A stretch of DNA of 64,000 bases from Bacteriovoracaceae bacterium (GCA_048270185.1 JBLWTJ010000003.1:336990-400989); one strand, 5' to 3'. Positions 49,289 through 61,046 are shown, counted from the stretch's first letter. Numbers and translations are program-made. The notes: generated from the letters alone by a model not told the origin.

Positions 49289-51154
49289 ATGTCATTTAAA
49301 CTTAAGAGAATTCAACTATATGTCGCAGATATTATCAATCGTATAAGTGCTTATTTAAAGTCATTTATTACCCAAGCAGATAATTATATCCAAACTTATC
49401 CATTAAAAGCTTTTTTGTACTTTGTCGCTGGAGTGATTTTTCTAAGGCTCTTCTTCATTGCTTATCGAGAAATTGTTATTAGAAGAGATTCAACAAAGCC
49501 TAAGGCCAGATCTCGCATCATTCGTTTTCTTGAGTTTAATATGTATTATCTTTTTTTATTCTTTGGTTTAGACATATTTAATGTCTATCTTGAATCATTT
49601 AATAAAGAAAGTTTCATTATTCTCTTACATATTTTTAGAAATATTCTCGTACTCTACGTGATTTTTATTAATATTGGCTATTTTCACTCTTATTTGAATT
49701 ATAATTTTAAAGTTTATTTTAAAAAGGGCAATAGGGACTTCATTAATGATAGCCGTAAGCTTCGTTATAAAATAACCCTCTCAACTTTCTTCTTCTTAGT
49801 TTTATATAATCTTTTTTCAGGTTTTTTAGGTCACAATATAATCACGATTATATTCTTTGTGATATTTACAAAAATTATTATGGAGTATGAGAAGTATGCA
49901 GTTTTAATTCTACCAAAAGTTATTCCAACTTCGATTATGCTCACAAAGAAGCACGTACCAAAAACTGTCATTCGTTATATACTACCAATCTTCTTATATA
50001 TTTATACTCTACTTTATTCATTCTACTTAATGTTCTTCTTGGCCTTTAATAATCGAGAATGGGCAAGAAGTCTTCTATCTGGAATCTTAGAGCAACATTT
50101 AGAAAACCTTAGAGATGAAGCTTTTTCTGAATATTCACCTCCTCAAGATTATATCGATCAATTTATGAGAGAAGACGAGATACAAATCATTAGAAAGCCA
50201 GATCCTGCGGCCTTGGCCTATGAGAGAATTGATGCTTGGTTAAATGGAGCAAAGTCCACATATCACCTTGCATTCTCTGGAGAGTCGGGAAGTGGTAAGA
50301 ATCATATATTAAATAAAGTTTTAAATCGATACTCTTCTGTTAATTCATTTAATGTCGAGATTGTTGAAAAGATTATTGAAGAATCAGTTCTAATTAAAAG
50401 ACTTGAAAGCTTTATTGGTGATGGCAGTGATGAAGAGAAGAAATTCATTGTCATTAATAATGCTCATAATCTCTTCCTATCCAAGTACCACGGCTTCAAT
50501 GCCTTTGATGCATTCTTTCGTGTCATGAATAATTCATCTCATAATGTCTTTTGGTTTACCATTTGGAATAGTAATTCTCTAAATCTTATTAAGCATATCT
50601 ATAATAAGTACGAGCTTTCATCTGATACCATCAATATTAGACCTTGGACAAAGGATGAACTTCGCTCTCTCTTGTTAAAAAGACATGAGGCAATTGGAAC
50701 TGAAATACGATTTAATGAAGAATTATTTGAAATTATGTCTCACTTTGGAGCCGAGAGATCATTTGATAATGCTAGTGATATTTTCTTTCGAATCTTAGCA
50801 AAGCAAACAGGGGGAAATCCTCATGCTGCTGTTAACACTTGGCTTAAATCCATCTCATATTGTGATGATAAGGTCCTTGAACTTCACCTACCTGAAAGAA
50901 GACCAACTTATGAAGTAGAGAGCTTAAGCGATGAGACACTCTTTGTTCTCTCAAGTATCCTTTCTCATGAACTTTTAAATGTAGATCAAATTATGGCAAC
51001 GACAGACCTTAGTGAAAAAGTTGTTAACTTCGCACTAAAACTCGGACTAGAGAAGGGTATTATCGATAAAGATGATGATAGTTTTCATATTCGAAAGGAT
51101 TGGCTAGTTGATGTTAAGGCCACTTTAATAAAGAGGAACTTCATTTATGAATGA
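49289..51154 (+). CDS. Polytopic membrane protein with C-terminal P-loop (AAA+/STAND-like) domain and probable winged helix
   Basis: About six hydrophobic helices, then GESGSGKN Walker A-like, FIVINNAH Walker B-like, T.GNP motif. Confidence 0.7.
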   Translation: MSFKLKRIQLYVADIINRISAYLKSFITQADNYIQTYPLKAFLYFVAGVIFLRLFFIAYREIVIRRDSTKPKARSRIIRFLEFNMYYLFLFFGLDIFNVYLESFNKESFIILLHIFRNILVLYVIFINIGYFHSYLNYNFKVYFKKGNRDFINDSRKLRYKITLSTFFFLVLYNLFSGFLGHNIITIIFFVIFTKIIMEYEKYAVLILPKVIPTSIMLTKKHVPKTVIRYILPIFLYIYTLLYSFYLMFFLAFNNREWARSLLSGILEQHLENLRDEAFSEYSPPQDYIDQFMREDEIQIIRKPDPAALAYERIDAWLNGAKSTYHLAFSGESGSGKNHILNKVLNRYSSVNSFNVEIVEKIIEESVLIKRLESFIGDGSDEEKKFIVINNAHNLFLSKYHGFNAFDAFFRVMNNSSHNVFWFTIWNSNSLNLIKHIYNKYELSSDTINIRPWTKDELRSLLLKRHEAIGTEIRFNEELFEIMSHFGAERSFDNASDIFFRILAKQTGGNPHAAVNTWLKSISYCDDKVLELHLPERRPTYEVESLSDETLFVLSSILSHELLNVDQIMATTDLSEKVVNFALKLGLEKGIIDKDDDSFHIRKDWLVDVKATLIKRNFIYE

Positions 51155-51974
51155 TCCAATCGCAGAAACAGTAGCAGCAACGCAAAAAGTTGCCAGTATT
51201 TTTGATTCTTTTAACTCTGAAATGCTATTTAGTCTTATCATTGGCTTTTTAACTCTTTATGTTTTTGTTAGAGCAATAAAGTGGTCTCTTGAATATTTGG
51301 CCATAAAAATTCCAATTTATCGTTTATCAATTCTTCAGCTAAGTACAATTATTTCGCATATGATCTACATCTTCGGATCACTATGGCTTTTATATGTCAC
51401 TATTAACCCAAGTAAGGAGATGGTCTACGCCTTTATTGGCTCTGGAGCCGTGGCCATTGGTTTCTCTCTAAAGGAATTAGTCTCTTCAATTATTGCTGGA
51501 ATTATCCTCATTTTTGATAAGCCATTTCAGGTGGGAGATCGAATTGCATTTAAAGGTGATTATGGTGATATCATTCAAATTGGACTACGCTCTGTTCGTA
51601 TTCAAACTCTTGATGATTCAACGGTTACGATTCCAAATAATCTCTTCTTAAGTGAGAATGTTGCTTCGGCCAATTCTGGTCAAAGAGATATGATGGTTTG
51701 CAGTGATTTTTATTTTAAGAATAATGCTAATGTCACACGCATTATAGAGCTTCTTGAGGAAATTACTTCAACTTCCCGTTTTGCCTTTCTCAAGAGACCC
51801 GTAAAGATTCTTATGGCAACTGATAAGTTTGAACACGGTGTTGGTCTGAAAGTAACTGTTAAGGCCTATGTCTTAGAGACTAAATACGAAAAAGACTTCA
51901 CTACTGACATTACGAAGCGATTCTATCAGGCGTTAGAGAAGGAAGAGCTTGCAGGACAGCTCCTTTCTGAGTGA
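51147..51974 (+). CDS. MscS-family mechanosensitive channel
   Basis: A.GF....L.S...AG.....DKPFQVGDRI, G....IGLRS....T.D...V.IPN. Confidence 0.92.
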   Translation: MNDPIAETVAATQKVASIFDSFNSEMLFSLIIGFLTLYVFVRAIKWSLEYLAIKIPIYRLSILQLSTIISHMIYIFGSLWLLYVTINPSKEMVYAFIGSGAVAIGFSLKELVSSIIAGIILIFDKPFQVGDRIAFKGDYGDIIQIGLRSVRIQTLDDSTVTIPNNLFLSENVASANSGQRDMMVCSDFYFKNNANVTRIIELLEEITSTSRFAFLKRPVKILMATDKFEHGVGLKVTVKAYVLETKYEKDFTTDITKRFYQALEKEELAGQLLSE

Positions 51975-52002
51975 TAATTAAATTACTTATTAAGGAGTTG
52001 AT

Positions 52003-52383
52003 ATGGAATTAAGTATTTTTTACCGCTACTGTGGTGCCTTAGGATTAGTTTATCTTTTCTTTACATTATTTGTTATTCGCAATCGTTGGAAGCATAGAAT
52101 TGGACTTGGTCATGGAAAGAATATTGAAATGACAAAGGCCATTCGTATTCATGGAAATTTTAATGAATATGTGCCATTTCTTTTAATGTTAATGTTCTTT
52201 GCAATAAGTAAAGGAGCATTGACGGCCACATGGGTACATATTCTAGCTGGAGCACTTACTTTATCTAGAGTTTCTCACTTTATTGGTCTAGTTAAAAGTG
52301 CTGGTACGTCAGTTTTTCGTGCCTTCGGTACCAGCGTTATAGTCTTAGAACTAATTGGATTAAGTATTATTTTACTACGTTAA
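52003..52383 (+). CDS. MAPEG family protein
   Basis: R.HGNF.EYVP..L, R..H..G. Confidence 0.88.
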   Translation: MELSIFYRYCGALGLVYLFFTLFVIRNRWKHRIGLGHGKNIEMTKAIRIHGNFNEYVPFLLMLMFFAISKGALTATWVHILAGALTLSRVSHFIGLVKSAGTSVFRAFGTSVIVLELIGLSIILLR

Positions 52384-53305
52384 TACAAATATCAAGACTT
52401 CCTAGGGTGTTAAGAACATCTTGGGAAGTCATGTTTAAGAAGAGATTTCTAAGCTTGTCGTGAATCTCTCCATTTGTTTCAAATCTTTCATCATCTGTCG
52501 CTTCAAATTTAAAAGCTTCTTTAAATGATACCCAAAACTTCTCTTCCACACATGCCATAACCACAAAGTGTTTATCACTTGTTTGATAAATATTGTAGCA
52601 AGGGTAGAGTCCGTTATGGAGAAATTTGTGATCTGTATCCCTAATTGACTTCGGCCAAAAAGCATCAAAAACTTCTTGAGTTGATTCATAGAGATATGAT
52701 TCGATAATTTGTACTTCATTTGTATCTTTTGACTTATACATGGCCCCTAAGAGGTCAAAGGCCATCTTCTGACCAAAGTTAATTCCAGCAAGAGGAAGAA
52801 ATGGAGGAGCGACATCTTCAATTGAATTAATATTTCTTAGGTGTAGACTCAGAAGCCCTGTAAGGGCCAAGGCATTTAAGTCATGCATATGATTCATATG
52901 TTCTTTGGATGCCTTTGGAATAACAATCCCGTAAGAATGCTTAACATTTTCTTCGATTGCACTAAGTGTGATTCCAAGCTTTGCTTGAATCTTATCAGGA
53001 ATACCCATGATAATACCATCTGCTTCAAAAACGAGTTTTTGAATTGCTTTGTGATCATCACTATTTCCAAAATCAAAGCGTCTTACATCTTTGATCTTAT
53101 TTAATTCTTCGTACCACTTCGGAAATGAATTATCCATTTCTGCAAAAAGGCCATAGATGAATGGATCTTTAAATTTTGCATCTTCAATTTTTATGACATT
53201 TGCCCCAAGACCTGCAAGAAGCTTTCCTGCAAGAGGTCCTGGTAGGCGATGAGAAAAATCAATAATTGTTTTTCCCGCAAGCGGCTTGCCTGAAGTATTA
53301 CTCAT
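52367..53305 (-). CDS. CaiB/BaiF family III CoA-transferase-like protein
   Basis: PL.G..I.D.S..LPGP......LGA.VIKIE, HDLN..A..G, YN.Y.T.D; start taken at MSNTS (53305), overlapping the upstream stop. Confidence 0.85.
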   Translation of the reverse strand: MSNTSGKPLAGKTIIDFSHRLPGPLAGKLLAGLGANVIKIEDAKFKDPFIYGLFAEMDNSFPKWYEELNKIKDVRRFDFGNSDDHKAIQKLVFEADGIIMGIPDKIQAKLGITLSAIEENVKHSYGIVIPKASKEHMNHMHDLNALALTGLLSLHLRNINSIEDVAPPFLPLAGINFGQKMAFDLLGAMYKSKDTNEVQIIESYLYESTQEVFDAFWPKSIRDTDHKFLHNGLYPCYNIYQTSDKHFVVMACVEEKFWVSFKEAFKFEATDDERFETNGEIHDKLRNLFLNMTSQDVLNTLGSLDICINVVK

Positions 53306-55364
53306 TGGCCTGCCCCTGATTTTGATTTGGTTTAAGAGTTTCAATGAAGTTATCAATTCCTTCACCTGTCATTTCACATTCATTCATGCCACAGATCTCC
53401 CAACGCTGTCCTTTGTCTTCGTGGAAGTCCAGAACGAAGCGAGGAAGGAAGTAACAAATAAAGCCTGCAAATTCTTGATTCTCAAGCCACTCTTTTGGAC
53501 ACTTAATTACTTTATAAGCATTTGCTGGATAGGTAAGTGCACGTAGCCCTTCACCCGATCCTGCTGGGTTCTTTAGAACATCTTGTGTTGTATTTTCTAT
53601 AAGCTCTTTAATCTGTTCAAGCATATCAATATCAGAGAAGAGAACACTTGTTCTTCTAACGAGCTTAATAAGTGCACTTACTGGAGATCTAAAGGATTGA
53701 TCAAAACTTGAGTAATTTTGATTTGGATATAATTCCATCTCTTCATCTCTTGCTGCACGAGTTTTTAAACGTCCATCAATGAGGAAGTCTTTTAAGATAA
53801 AACCTAGTGTATCTTTTAGGTTTTCTTTAAAGACAGGATTTCCACTTAATTCATAAATTCTAAGTTGTGCTTCTGCAAAGTAAACATAGTCCTCAAGAAG
53901 TGAGACACCAACGGGTCTAGTTGTTGTGTGTTTAATTCTCATTCCCTTTGGAGTTGTTTCTAAGAAGACTTTATATGTTCCTTCAACAACACGGTTAAAG
54001 AGGATACTTGCTGCATTTCTGATGGCCGGAACCTGAGTGTATTGCATAACATCAGACAAGGCACTAATCATGTGGAAGTTCCAACTTGCAACACCTTTTA
54101 TATCAGTCATTGGAGGGATTCTAAGTTTTCTTTCATTAAGTAGGGCCTTCTTTGCACCTCTTATAAGGTCCCAAGATTCAGATGTGAAAATTTCAGAAGC
54201 CTTTTCATTGTTAATTGTTAAAACATTAAGCCCTGAATCAAAGTTTCCTTTTTCACTCACTCTAAACCAATCTCTTAGTTTATCGACATTCTTTGAAAGA
54301 GATTCATCGTCATTATCAAAGCGATTTAGTGAGTCTTCAAATTCTTGTTGTGTATATGTGAAGTAAAGTCCTTCTACGCCTTCACTGTCTGCGTCTTGTG
54401 CCGAGAAGAAGAAATTCTCATCTTCATTTAGCATTTCAGCTTTTAAGTATTCAAGCGTATTGAAGATAGCATCGAAAATTAATGGTGAAGGGTAGAGCAT
54501 ACTTGCTTTTGAAAGGAGCTTTAGTAGACCTGCTTGGTCGTAGAGCATTTTTTCAAAGTGAGGTACAGTCCAAGTCGCATCTGTGCTATAGCGGTGGAGG
54601 CCACCACGGACTTGATCATAGATACCGCCCATAAGCATTCTTTCAAGTGACTTAATAATATGCTCACCGTGTTCTTTTTTTACAACACCTTCAAGCATTT
54701 GTTCAATCGCCCATTCGTAGAAAGCTAATTGTGGAAATTTTGGAGCTTCTCCAAAACCACCATTTTCTTGATCTTTATATTTTTCAAGAACATCCATCAC
54801 TGAGTTAGGGTGAGGAAAGTGTCCTTGGAAGTCAACATTTTCAGGATTAATAAATCCCTTCTCAATTGCATCAAAAGCTTTTTGGGCATTCTCTGTCACA
54901 GTTGTATTATCTTCATTGTATGCTCTTACTAATTCTTTTAGAACATCAATAAAGGCCGTCGACTTTCCTTTGGCCTCTTTTGGAAAGTAAGTCCCAACAA
55001 AATAAGGTTTAAGATCTGGCATTAGAAATGCACTTAGTGGCCAGCCTCCGCCATTTGTAAAAAGCTGACATGCTTGTTGATAGTAATTGTCGATGTCAGG
55101 ATATTCTTCACGGTCGACTTTGATATTAATGAAATGCTCGTTTAAGTATTTTGCAGTATCTTCATCACAAAAAGACTCTTCGGCCATGACATGGCACCAA
55201 TGGCAAGAGCTGTATCCAATTGATAGAAAAATCGGCTTATTTTCTTCTTTTGATTTATTGATGGCCTCTGGCGACCATGAATACCAGTGAACTGGGTTAT
55301 CCTTGTGTTGCTTTAAATATGTTGATGCTTCATCTTTTAATCGATTAAATCCAATCTCTGTCAT
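53298..55364 (-). CDS. YyaL/SPATA20-like thioredoxin-domain protein
   Basis: [53 protein letters not shown]. Confidence 0.93.
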   Translation of the reverse strand: MTEIGFNRLKDEASTYLKQHKDNPVHWYSWSPEAINKSKEENKPIFLSIGYSSCHWCHVMAEESFCDEDTAKYLNEHFINIKVDREEYPDIDNYYQQACQLFTNGGGWPLSAFLMPDLKPYFVGTYFPKEAKGKSTAFIDVLKELVRAYNEDNTTVTENAQKAFDAIEKGFINPENVDFQGHFPHPNSVMDVLEKYKDQENGGFGEAPKFPQLAFYEWAIEQMLEGVVKKEHGEHIIKSLERMLMGGIYDQVRGGLHRYSTDATWTVPHFEKMLYDQAGLLKLLSKASMLYPSPLIFDAIFNTLEYLKAEMLNEDENFFFSAQDADSEGVEGLYFTYTQQEFEDSLNRFDNDDESLSKNVDKLRDWFRVSEKGNFDSGLNVLTINNEKASEIFTSESWDLIRGAKKALLNERKLRIPPMTDIKGVASWNFHMISALSDVMQYTQVPAIRNAASILFNRVVEGTYKVFLETTPKGMRIKHTTTRPVGVSLLEDYVYFAEAQLRIYELSGNPVFKENLKDTLGFILKDFLIDGRLKTRAARDEEMELYPNQNYSSFDQSFRSPVSALIKLVRRTSVLFSDIDMLEQIKELIENTTQDVLKNPAGSGEGLRALTYPANAYKVIKCPKEWLENQEFAGFICYFLPRFVLDFHEDKGQRWEICGMNECEMTGEGIDNFIETLKPNQNQGQANE

Positions 55365-55535
55365 TATAAACTCCTAAATTTTATATATCTATTATGCGCG
55401 AAATATTTAAAAATTAAAGGATAACCTCTTAAAATCCTGTAATTAAATACTTGTTTTTGAAATACTTACTTACGCTTGGCATTATAATTTTATTTTAACT
55501 GGACGAGCAGGTTCAATGGGGGTAAAAGACCCCTT

Positions 55536-56462
55536 ATGAAAACTTCGGATGAGCGATATAGCTCATATCTTGAACATTTTAGTACTTTCAGTATGAACGC
55601 TAAAACGTGGATTGTTTTATCGTTATGTGTTGTGACTATTGCTCTATCATTCGATTGGTTTTTTACACCTGCGCGTACAAACTTTAGAGACTTGGGTATT
55701 TTATCAAGCTTTAGTACCACTCCAAAGTACCAAGCCTTCAATTCTTATAATTTTAAAAATACAAATCCATTTTTTAAAAGCCTGCACTTAGGATACCTTT
55801 CATCTGTTGATAAGAAGACTCTTGAAGACACTTTAATTGCTCATATGGAACATCCTATCAATATTCGTGCAAAAAAATATATTGCTTCTCTTCTTCATTT
55901 TGCTGAAGAAAGACAGCTAGATCCACTTTGGGTTATCTCAATTGCATGGACTGAAAGTCACTTCAATCCTACTGCACAGAGCTATGTGAAAGCACAGGGC
56001 CTTATGCAGATCATGCCTCAGACTGGTGTCTTCCTTCACAAGCTTCTTAAGAGATCTCTAAATAAAGACGATATTATCCAAATCCTTCGCGTTCCACATG
56101 TAAATATGGAGCTTGGTGTTTATTATTTAAGTCGTCTCTATAAGAAATTTGGACTCTATCGTTATGCAACTGTTGCTTATAATATGGGACCAGGCTTTGT
56201 TAATCGTCGACTTAGATTTAATCGTCCCGTAGGAACAAAGAACGTCTACTACGACAAGGTAAAAAAGAATTACCGTAAATTACTCTCTGCTATTAGCACC
56301 CTTAAACAACACTCGCGCCATCTAGGTAATGAAAGTATTCTTCACCGTAAAAATCATCAATTTGATCTCAACTACTACTTAGGGATGGATATTGTTCCTG
56401 AAGTAGAAAATAAAGTCGCAAAGAAAGATCAAGATAAGTCACGCTTAGCACAAAACTCATAA
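55536..56462 (+). CDS. Lytic transglycosylase (SLT domain)
   Basis: TES.FNP, AQGLMQIMP.T, AYN.GPG; N-terminal TM. Confidence 0.9.
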   Translation: MKTSDERYSSYLEHFSTFSMNAKTWIVLSLCVVTIALSFDWFFTPARTNFRDLGILSSFSTTPKYQAFNSYNFKNTNPFFKSLHLGYLSSVDKKTLEDTLIAHMEHPINIRAKKYIASLLHFAEERQLDPLWVISIAWTESHFNPTAQSYVKAQGLMQIMPQTGVFLHKLLKRSLNKDDIIQILRVPHVNMELGVYYLSRLYKKFGLYRYATVAYNMGPGFVNRRLRFNRPVGTKNVYYDKVKKNYRKLLSAISTLKQHSRHLGNESILHRKNHQFDLNYYLGMDIVPEVENKVAKKDQDKSRLAQNS

Positions 56463-56551
56463 AGAGCGCAGTGTCATCTCTTTTCAACTTCAAATAGCTT
56501 TTAAAAATTGCTATATTCATGCCTTATAATTTAAATGAATAAGGAAGTTTT

Positions 56552-57241
56552 ATGACATTTTCTTCAGTTATTGCAATTGATGGCCCAAGTGGAAGTGGAA
56601 AATCAACTGTAGCAAAACTGTTGGCCAAGGAATTGGACATACTCTATATCGACACAGGCGCCATGTTTCGTGCCCTCGCTTTCAGTGCAAATGAGCGTGA
56701 AATTGACCTGAATGATCATAATGCAGTTGAAGTTTTTTTAAACTCGATCAAATTAGAATACGGTCAACCTGATGCACTTGTTAAAGTAGATGGTGTTGAT
56801 TTATCACAAAAGATCCGTGAGCATCACGTATCAAAACTTGCCTCAATTATTTCGCAAATTCCAATTGTAAGAACTCTACTACTTGATTTTCAAAGAAGGA
56901 TAGTTGACTCAAAGATTTGTGTCATGGAGGGAAGAGATATTGGGACAATTGTTTTTCCAAATGCCTTTATTAAGTTCTTTGTAACAGCTTCGATTGATAT
57001 TAGAGCTCAGCGTCGCTATGACCAACTTCTTGAAAAAGGTCAGTCAGATATTGATCTTGATCAACTAAAACGTGATGTAAAAAAGCGTGATGAAAAGGAT
57101 ATGGGGCGTGAAGTTGCACCTCTTGTGAAAGCTGAAGATGCAATGCTGGTTGATACAAGTGATATGGATCTTAATTTCGTTATTGAAACTCTAAAAGCTA
57201 AAGTAAAAGAAAGAGCAAAAGAGGTTGGAATAAAATTGTGA
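56552..57241 (+). CDS. cmk: Cytidylate kinase
   Basis: IAIDGPSGSGKST, DTGAMFR, MEGRDIGT.VFP, RD..D..R..APL. Confidence 0.96.
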   Translation: MTFSSVIAIDGPSGSGKSTVAKLLAKELDILYIDTGAMFRALAFSANEREIDLNDHNAVEVFLNSIKLEYGQPDALVKVDGVDLSQKIREHHVSKLASIISQIPIVRTLLLDFQRRIVDSKICVMEGRDIGTIVFPNAFIKFFVTASIDIRAQRRYDQLLEKGQSDIDLDQLKRDVKKRDEKDMGREVAPLVKAEDAMLVDTSDMDLNFVIETLKAKVKERAKEVGIKL

Positions 57242-58326
57242 AGTATTTAATCAGTCGCACAGATGCCATTGGTCAAAATATTCTGACAATGCCAATGGCC
57301 CAGGCCATAAAAGAAATGGATCCTAATGCGACTGTTGCTATTATTACTTCTCAATCCTCTGTTATTTTGTATAAAGACCATCCTTACGTCGATAAGGTTT
57401 ATGTTCTCGATAAGAAAAAATCCTATCCATTTAAAGTAAAAAAGGCCTTGCAGATCTTTAATGAATTTCGCCCAGAAGTTTATCTCTATGCTGGAGGCTC
57501 TCAGACCCCAAATTTCGTGGCCTGGCTTAAAAAAATACCATTTCGAGGTGGGCACTTATCAAAGTGGCCAACTTTCTTGGCCCTAAATCACGGTGTTAGA
57601 CAATTTCGCGAAGAAGTGGAAGGCCATGAAACCTTTTATAATATCGCTCTACTTAGAGACCTTGAAAACTTCAACCTAATTGAAAATAAAGAATTTATTC
57701 CAGAATTTAACTTCAAAGAAAATGGAAATGATTTTAACTCTTTCAAAGAGTTAATTTCAAAAGATGGGCTTGATCCAGAAAAAGAGCTTATCTTTGTTCA
57801 CCCAGGCGTCTCAAGTGTAACAAGCAGTGACGTTTTAGGCTGGCCTGCAAAGAACCTTGCTACTTTTATAAAGCGTATTAATGGTATTTATCCAAATCGC
57901 TTTAATTTTATTATTTCTCATATTCCTGCAGATCTTCACTATGTGAACCCTGTCAGAGATGAACTCGGTGATTATGAAAATAAAGAAGGTAAGAATCTTT
58001 ACTTCTTCAATGGCAAGAAGCGAGGAATTGTAAACTTTCTAAATATCTTAAAACATGCGAAACTATTTATAGGTCCAAATTCTGGGGCGACTCATATGGC
58101 CGCGGCCCTGGGGATTGATATGATTGGTATTTATGCTCCAATTAAAAGTCAATCTTCTCTGAGATGGCGCGCTAAAGGTAAGTCTGTTGTTAAGACAGTT
58201 ACTCCTAATGTGGTATGTGGAGAGTCTCTTAAATGTGCTGGTCTTGATTGTCCATACTATGATTGTATGGCCAAGATTGAAGAGGATCGTATAATAGAAT
58301 TAGCAAAAGAAATTCTTAATAAATAA
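57238..58326 (+). CDS. GT9 glycosyltransferase (heptosyltransferase-like)
   Basis: R.D.IG...L..P, HPG, WP, SG..H.AAA.G. Confidence 0.88.
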   Translation: MKYLISRTDAIGQNILTMPMAQAIKEMDPNATVAIITSQSSVILYKDHPYVDKVYVLDKKKSYPFKVKKALQIFNEFRPEVYLYAGGSQTPNFVAWLKKIPFRGGHLSKWPTFLALNHGVRQFREEVEGHETFYNIALLRDLENFNLIENKEFIPEFNFKENGNDFNSFKELISKDGLDPEKELIFVHPGVSSVTSSDVLGWPAKNLATFIKRINGIYPNRFNFIISHIPADLHYVNPVRDELGDYENKEGKNLYFFNGKKRGIVNFLNILKHAKLFIGPNSGATHMAAALGIDMIGIYAPIKSQSSLRWRAKGKSVVKTVTPNVVCGESLKCAGLDCPYYDCMAKIEEDRIIELAKEILNK

Positions 58327-58336
58327 CGGATTATAT

Positions 58337-59359
58337 ATGACAAAATTAATTACTCCAGAACGCTTTAATACAATTACTTCAAATCTATCTAGCATTAAGC
58401 CAATTCTTGTCGTCGGTGATGTTGGAGTTGATAAATATACTTCAGGTGTTGTTAATCGTATCTCTCCTGAGGCACCAGTTCCTCTTTTAGAAGTTCAAAA
58501 AGAGTGGCAGAAGCTAGGGCTTTCGGCCAATGTTTCAGAAAACCTTAAAACGCTTGGAGTCGAATCAACTCTTTGTGGTGTTATGGGTGATGATACTAAT
58601 GCCAATGTATTAGAAGATCTTTTAGAGGAAGCTGGACTTTCAACTTGGGGTGTTGTTCGTTGTGATGAAAGACCAACCGTTTTCAAGGAAAGAATTGTAA
58701 CAGATAGCCAACAAATTTGTCGTATTGACTATGAATCAAAGAAGCCAATAAGTGAGGATGTTCAAAAAAGACTTCTGTCACGTATCAATGAATTAAAAGA
58801 AAACCATGGAGCTTTAATTCTTGAAGATTACTCTAAGGGTGTTCTAACTGAATCTCTTATTTCTCACCTCGTTAGTGAGTTTAAAGAGCGAAAAAATTTA
58901 ATTGCTGTTGACCCTAGTCGTACAACGCCACCATCTTACTATAAAGGGGTATCTCTTCTAAAACCAAATCATATTGAAGCAAAACTTATGGTCAATCTCT
59001 TAGGTTATACAGGTGAAATGCAGGTTGAAGATCTTGCAAATATACTCGTTGATAAGCTAGAGCTTGAAAAAATCATAATCACGCTAGGTCCTCGTGGAAT
59101 GGCCATGTTAGATACGCTAGGTGATGGTAAGCTTCATATGATTCCAACTGTTGCCAATGAAGTCTATGATGTATCAGGGGCCGGAGACACAACTATTTCT
59201 CTGCTTGTTGCATGTTTGGAAGCGGGTGCTAGTCTTGAAGAAGCAGCATGGATTGCAAACTGTGGAGCTGGTGTTGTTGTCGGAAAAGTAGGAACTGCAA
59301 CAGTAAACTTAGAAGAGCTGCAAAATTATTATAATGTTCTTAGAACAAAAATGAAGTAA
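58337..59359 (+). CDS. rfaE1: Heptose-7-phosphate kinase (RfaE/HldE kinase domain)
   Basis: VGD...D.Y..G...RISPEAPVP, R.D.E, DY.KG, KPN..EA, V.DVSGAGDT, VVGK.GT. Confidence 0.92.
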   Translation: MTKLITPERFNTITSNLSSIKPILVVGDVGVDKYTSGVVNRISPEAPVPLLEVQKEWQKLGLSANVSENLKTLGVESTLCGVMGDDTNANVLEDLLEEAGLSTWGVVRCDERPTVFKERIVTDSQQICRIDYESKKPISEDVQKRLLSRINELKENHGALILEDYSKGVLTESLISHLVSEFKERKNLIAVDPSRTTPPSYYKGVSLLKPNHIEAKLMVNLLGYTGEMQVEDLANILVDKLELEKIIITLGPRGMAMLDTLGDGKLHMIPTVANEVYDVSGAGDTTISLLVACLEAGASLEEAAWIANCGAGVVVGKVGTATVNLEELQNYYNVLRTKMK

Positions 59360-59360
59360 G

Positions 59361-59870
59361 TTGAGCGATTTAAAACCAGCGACACAGGCCCTACAATTTA
59401 TTAGTTGTCTCTATGACTTTGAGAAGACATCTCCTAAGGATATCATCAGTATCTTAGGTGAGGGCCTTGAAGATCCCATTATTTTTAGTCACGAATTCTT
59501 CCCTATGAAGGAATACTATAGCAAGGAGATGGGAGAGAGTCTTAAACGTTGTTTCTTCTTCTATCCTAAAACCTGCACGCGTGAATCACTTATTGATTTA
59601 AAATTACACTGTGATGCCATTGAGAAGGCAAATGCCTCAAATGGCCAACGCGTTTTTAATCTTGATCCTGGGATTATCACTCTCGATCAAGTTTTACTCT
59701 CAAGTGGTAAACCTTACTCTCATCGCATCTATCTTCGAGATGGAGTCTATGCTGAGCTCACATACCAATTTAGTGCCAAATCATTCCACGTCCTCCCTTG
59801 GACATATCCCGATTACCAAAACCCCGAGATCGTCGAAAAATTTAACTGGTTTCGTGCCTTTTTATTGTAA
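59361..59870 (+). CDS. DUF4416-like protein
   Basis: YY..EMG..L.R, R..NLDPG, HRIYL..G.YAE, LPWTYPDY. Confidence 0.8.
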   Translation: MSDLKPATQALQFISCLYDFEKTSPKDIISILGEGLEDPIIFSHEFFPMKEYYSKEMGESLKRCFFFYPKTCTRESLIDLKLHCDAIEKANASNGQRVFNLDPGIITLDQVLLSSGKPYSHRIYLRDGVYAELTYQFSAKSFHVLPWTYPDYQNPEIVEKFNWFRAFLL

Positions 59871-59951
59871 TTTTTGAACACTCCACGTCTTGCTTTTTCG
59901 CACACCGCATGAAAAACTCCCAAGGTTATTATTGAACGTATAATTAAATAG

Positions 59952-61022
59952 GTGGAAATTATGATTAATAAGCTAAAAGAGGCTTATGAAACGTTCCAAA
60001 CAGAAGTTGGGACACTAACAGCTCAAGCAGATGTATTATCTCTTAAATCAAATTATTTAGGAAAGAAAGGAGCCATTTCTGTGATTTTAAAGTCACTTAA
60101 AGACGCTACTCCTGAAGAGAGAAAAGAGATTGGTCCAGTTGCCAATGAGATCAAGACAAATATTGAGAAAATGGTTGCTCAAAAACTTTCTGAAATTGAA
60201 ATTGCAGAAATTAATGAGAAGCTAAGTAAGAATAAGATCGATATTACTTTTACGGATGCTACAAAATCAAATAATCAATTCCACGGTGGCCTACACCCAA
60301 GAACTCTTGTTCAGCAAGAAGTTGAAGATATTTTCCTCTCAATGGGATTTGAAGTCTTAGATGGGCCACATATTGAAACAGAATTTTACAATTTTGAAGC
60401 GCTAAATATTCCAGGGGATCACCCTGCTCGTGATATGCAGGATACTTTCTGGTTCAAAGACGAAAAATCTCCAGAAGGAAATAAGCACCTACTTCGTACC
60501 CATACTTCAACTATTCAAGTACGTGGGATGCAGTCTCGTAAGCCACCTTTCCGCTTTATTGCTCCTGGAACTGTGTTTCGTTGTGAAAGAACAGATGCTT
60601 CTCACGAAATGGTTTTTCAACAATTAGAAGGGATGATGGTTGGAAAGGATATTTCTGTCGCTAACCTTATCTACTTTATGAAAGAGATTTTAACTGAAAT
60701 CTTTAAAAAGGATGTTGAAGTTAGACTTCGCCCTGGTTACTTCCCATTTGTTGAACCTGGGTTTGAGCTTGATATCAAATGTCAGGTTTGTAATGCCAAA
60801 GGTTGTTCAGTGTGTAAGCAAGTTGGTTGGGTAGAGCTTCTTCCATGTGGAATGGTTCATCCGAATGTTCTACGTGCCGGAGGAATTGACCCTGAAGAAT
60901 ATAATGGGTTTGCTTTTGGTCTAGGACTTGATCGCCTTGTTATGATGAAGTACGGAATCGATGATATTCGTCACCTACAGTCAGGGGATCTTCGTTTCAA
61001 TAAGCAATTTGGTGATTATTAG
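59952..61022 (+). CDS. pheS: Phenylalanine--tRNA ligase alpha subunit
   Basis: NFEALN...HPAR..QDTF, LLRTHTS, F.Q.EG, YFPF.EP, GFAFG.GL.RL. Confidence 0.97.
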   Translation: MEIMINKLKEAYETFQTEVGTLTAQADVLSLKSNYLGKKGAISVILKSLKDATPEERKEIGPVANEIKTNIEKMVAQKLSEIEIAEINEKLSKNKIDITFTDATKSNNQFHGGLHPRTLVQQEVEDIFLSMGFEVLDGPHIETEFYNFEALNIPGDHPARDMQDTFWFKDEKSPEGNKHLLRTHTSTIQVRGMQSRKPPFRFIAPGTVFRCERTDASHEMVFQQLEGMMVGKDISVANLIYFMKEILTEIFKKDVEVRLRPGYFPFVEPGFELDIKCQVCNAKGCSVCKQVGWVELLPCGMVHPNVLRAGGIDPEEYNGFAFGLGLDRLVMMKYGIDDIRHLQSGDLRFNKQFGDY

Positions 61023-61046
61023 AATTATAATTTTTAAGGAATATAT

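Noticed and set aside
60780..60820. CxxC-x4-CxxC in PheS as unusual
   Set aside because: This insert is common in bacterial PheS.
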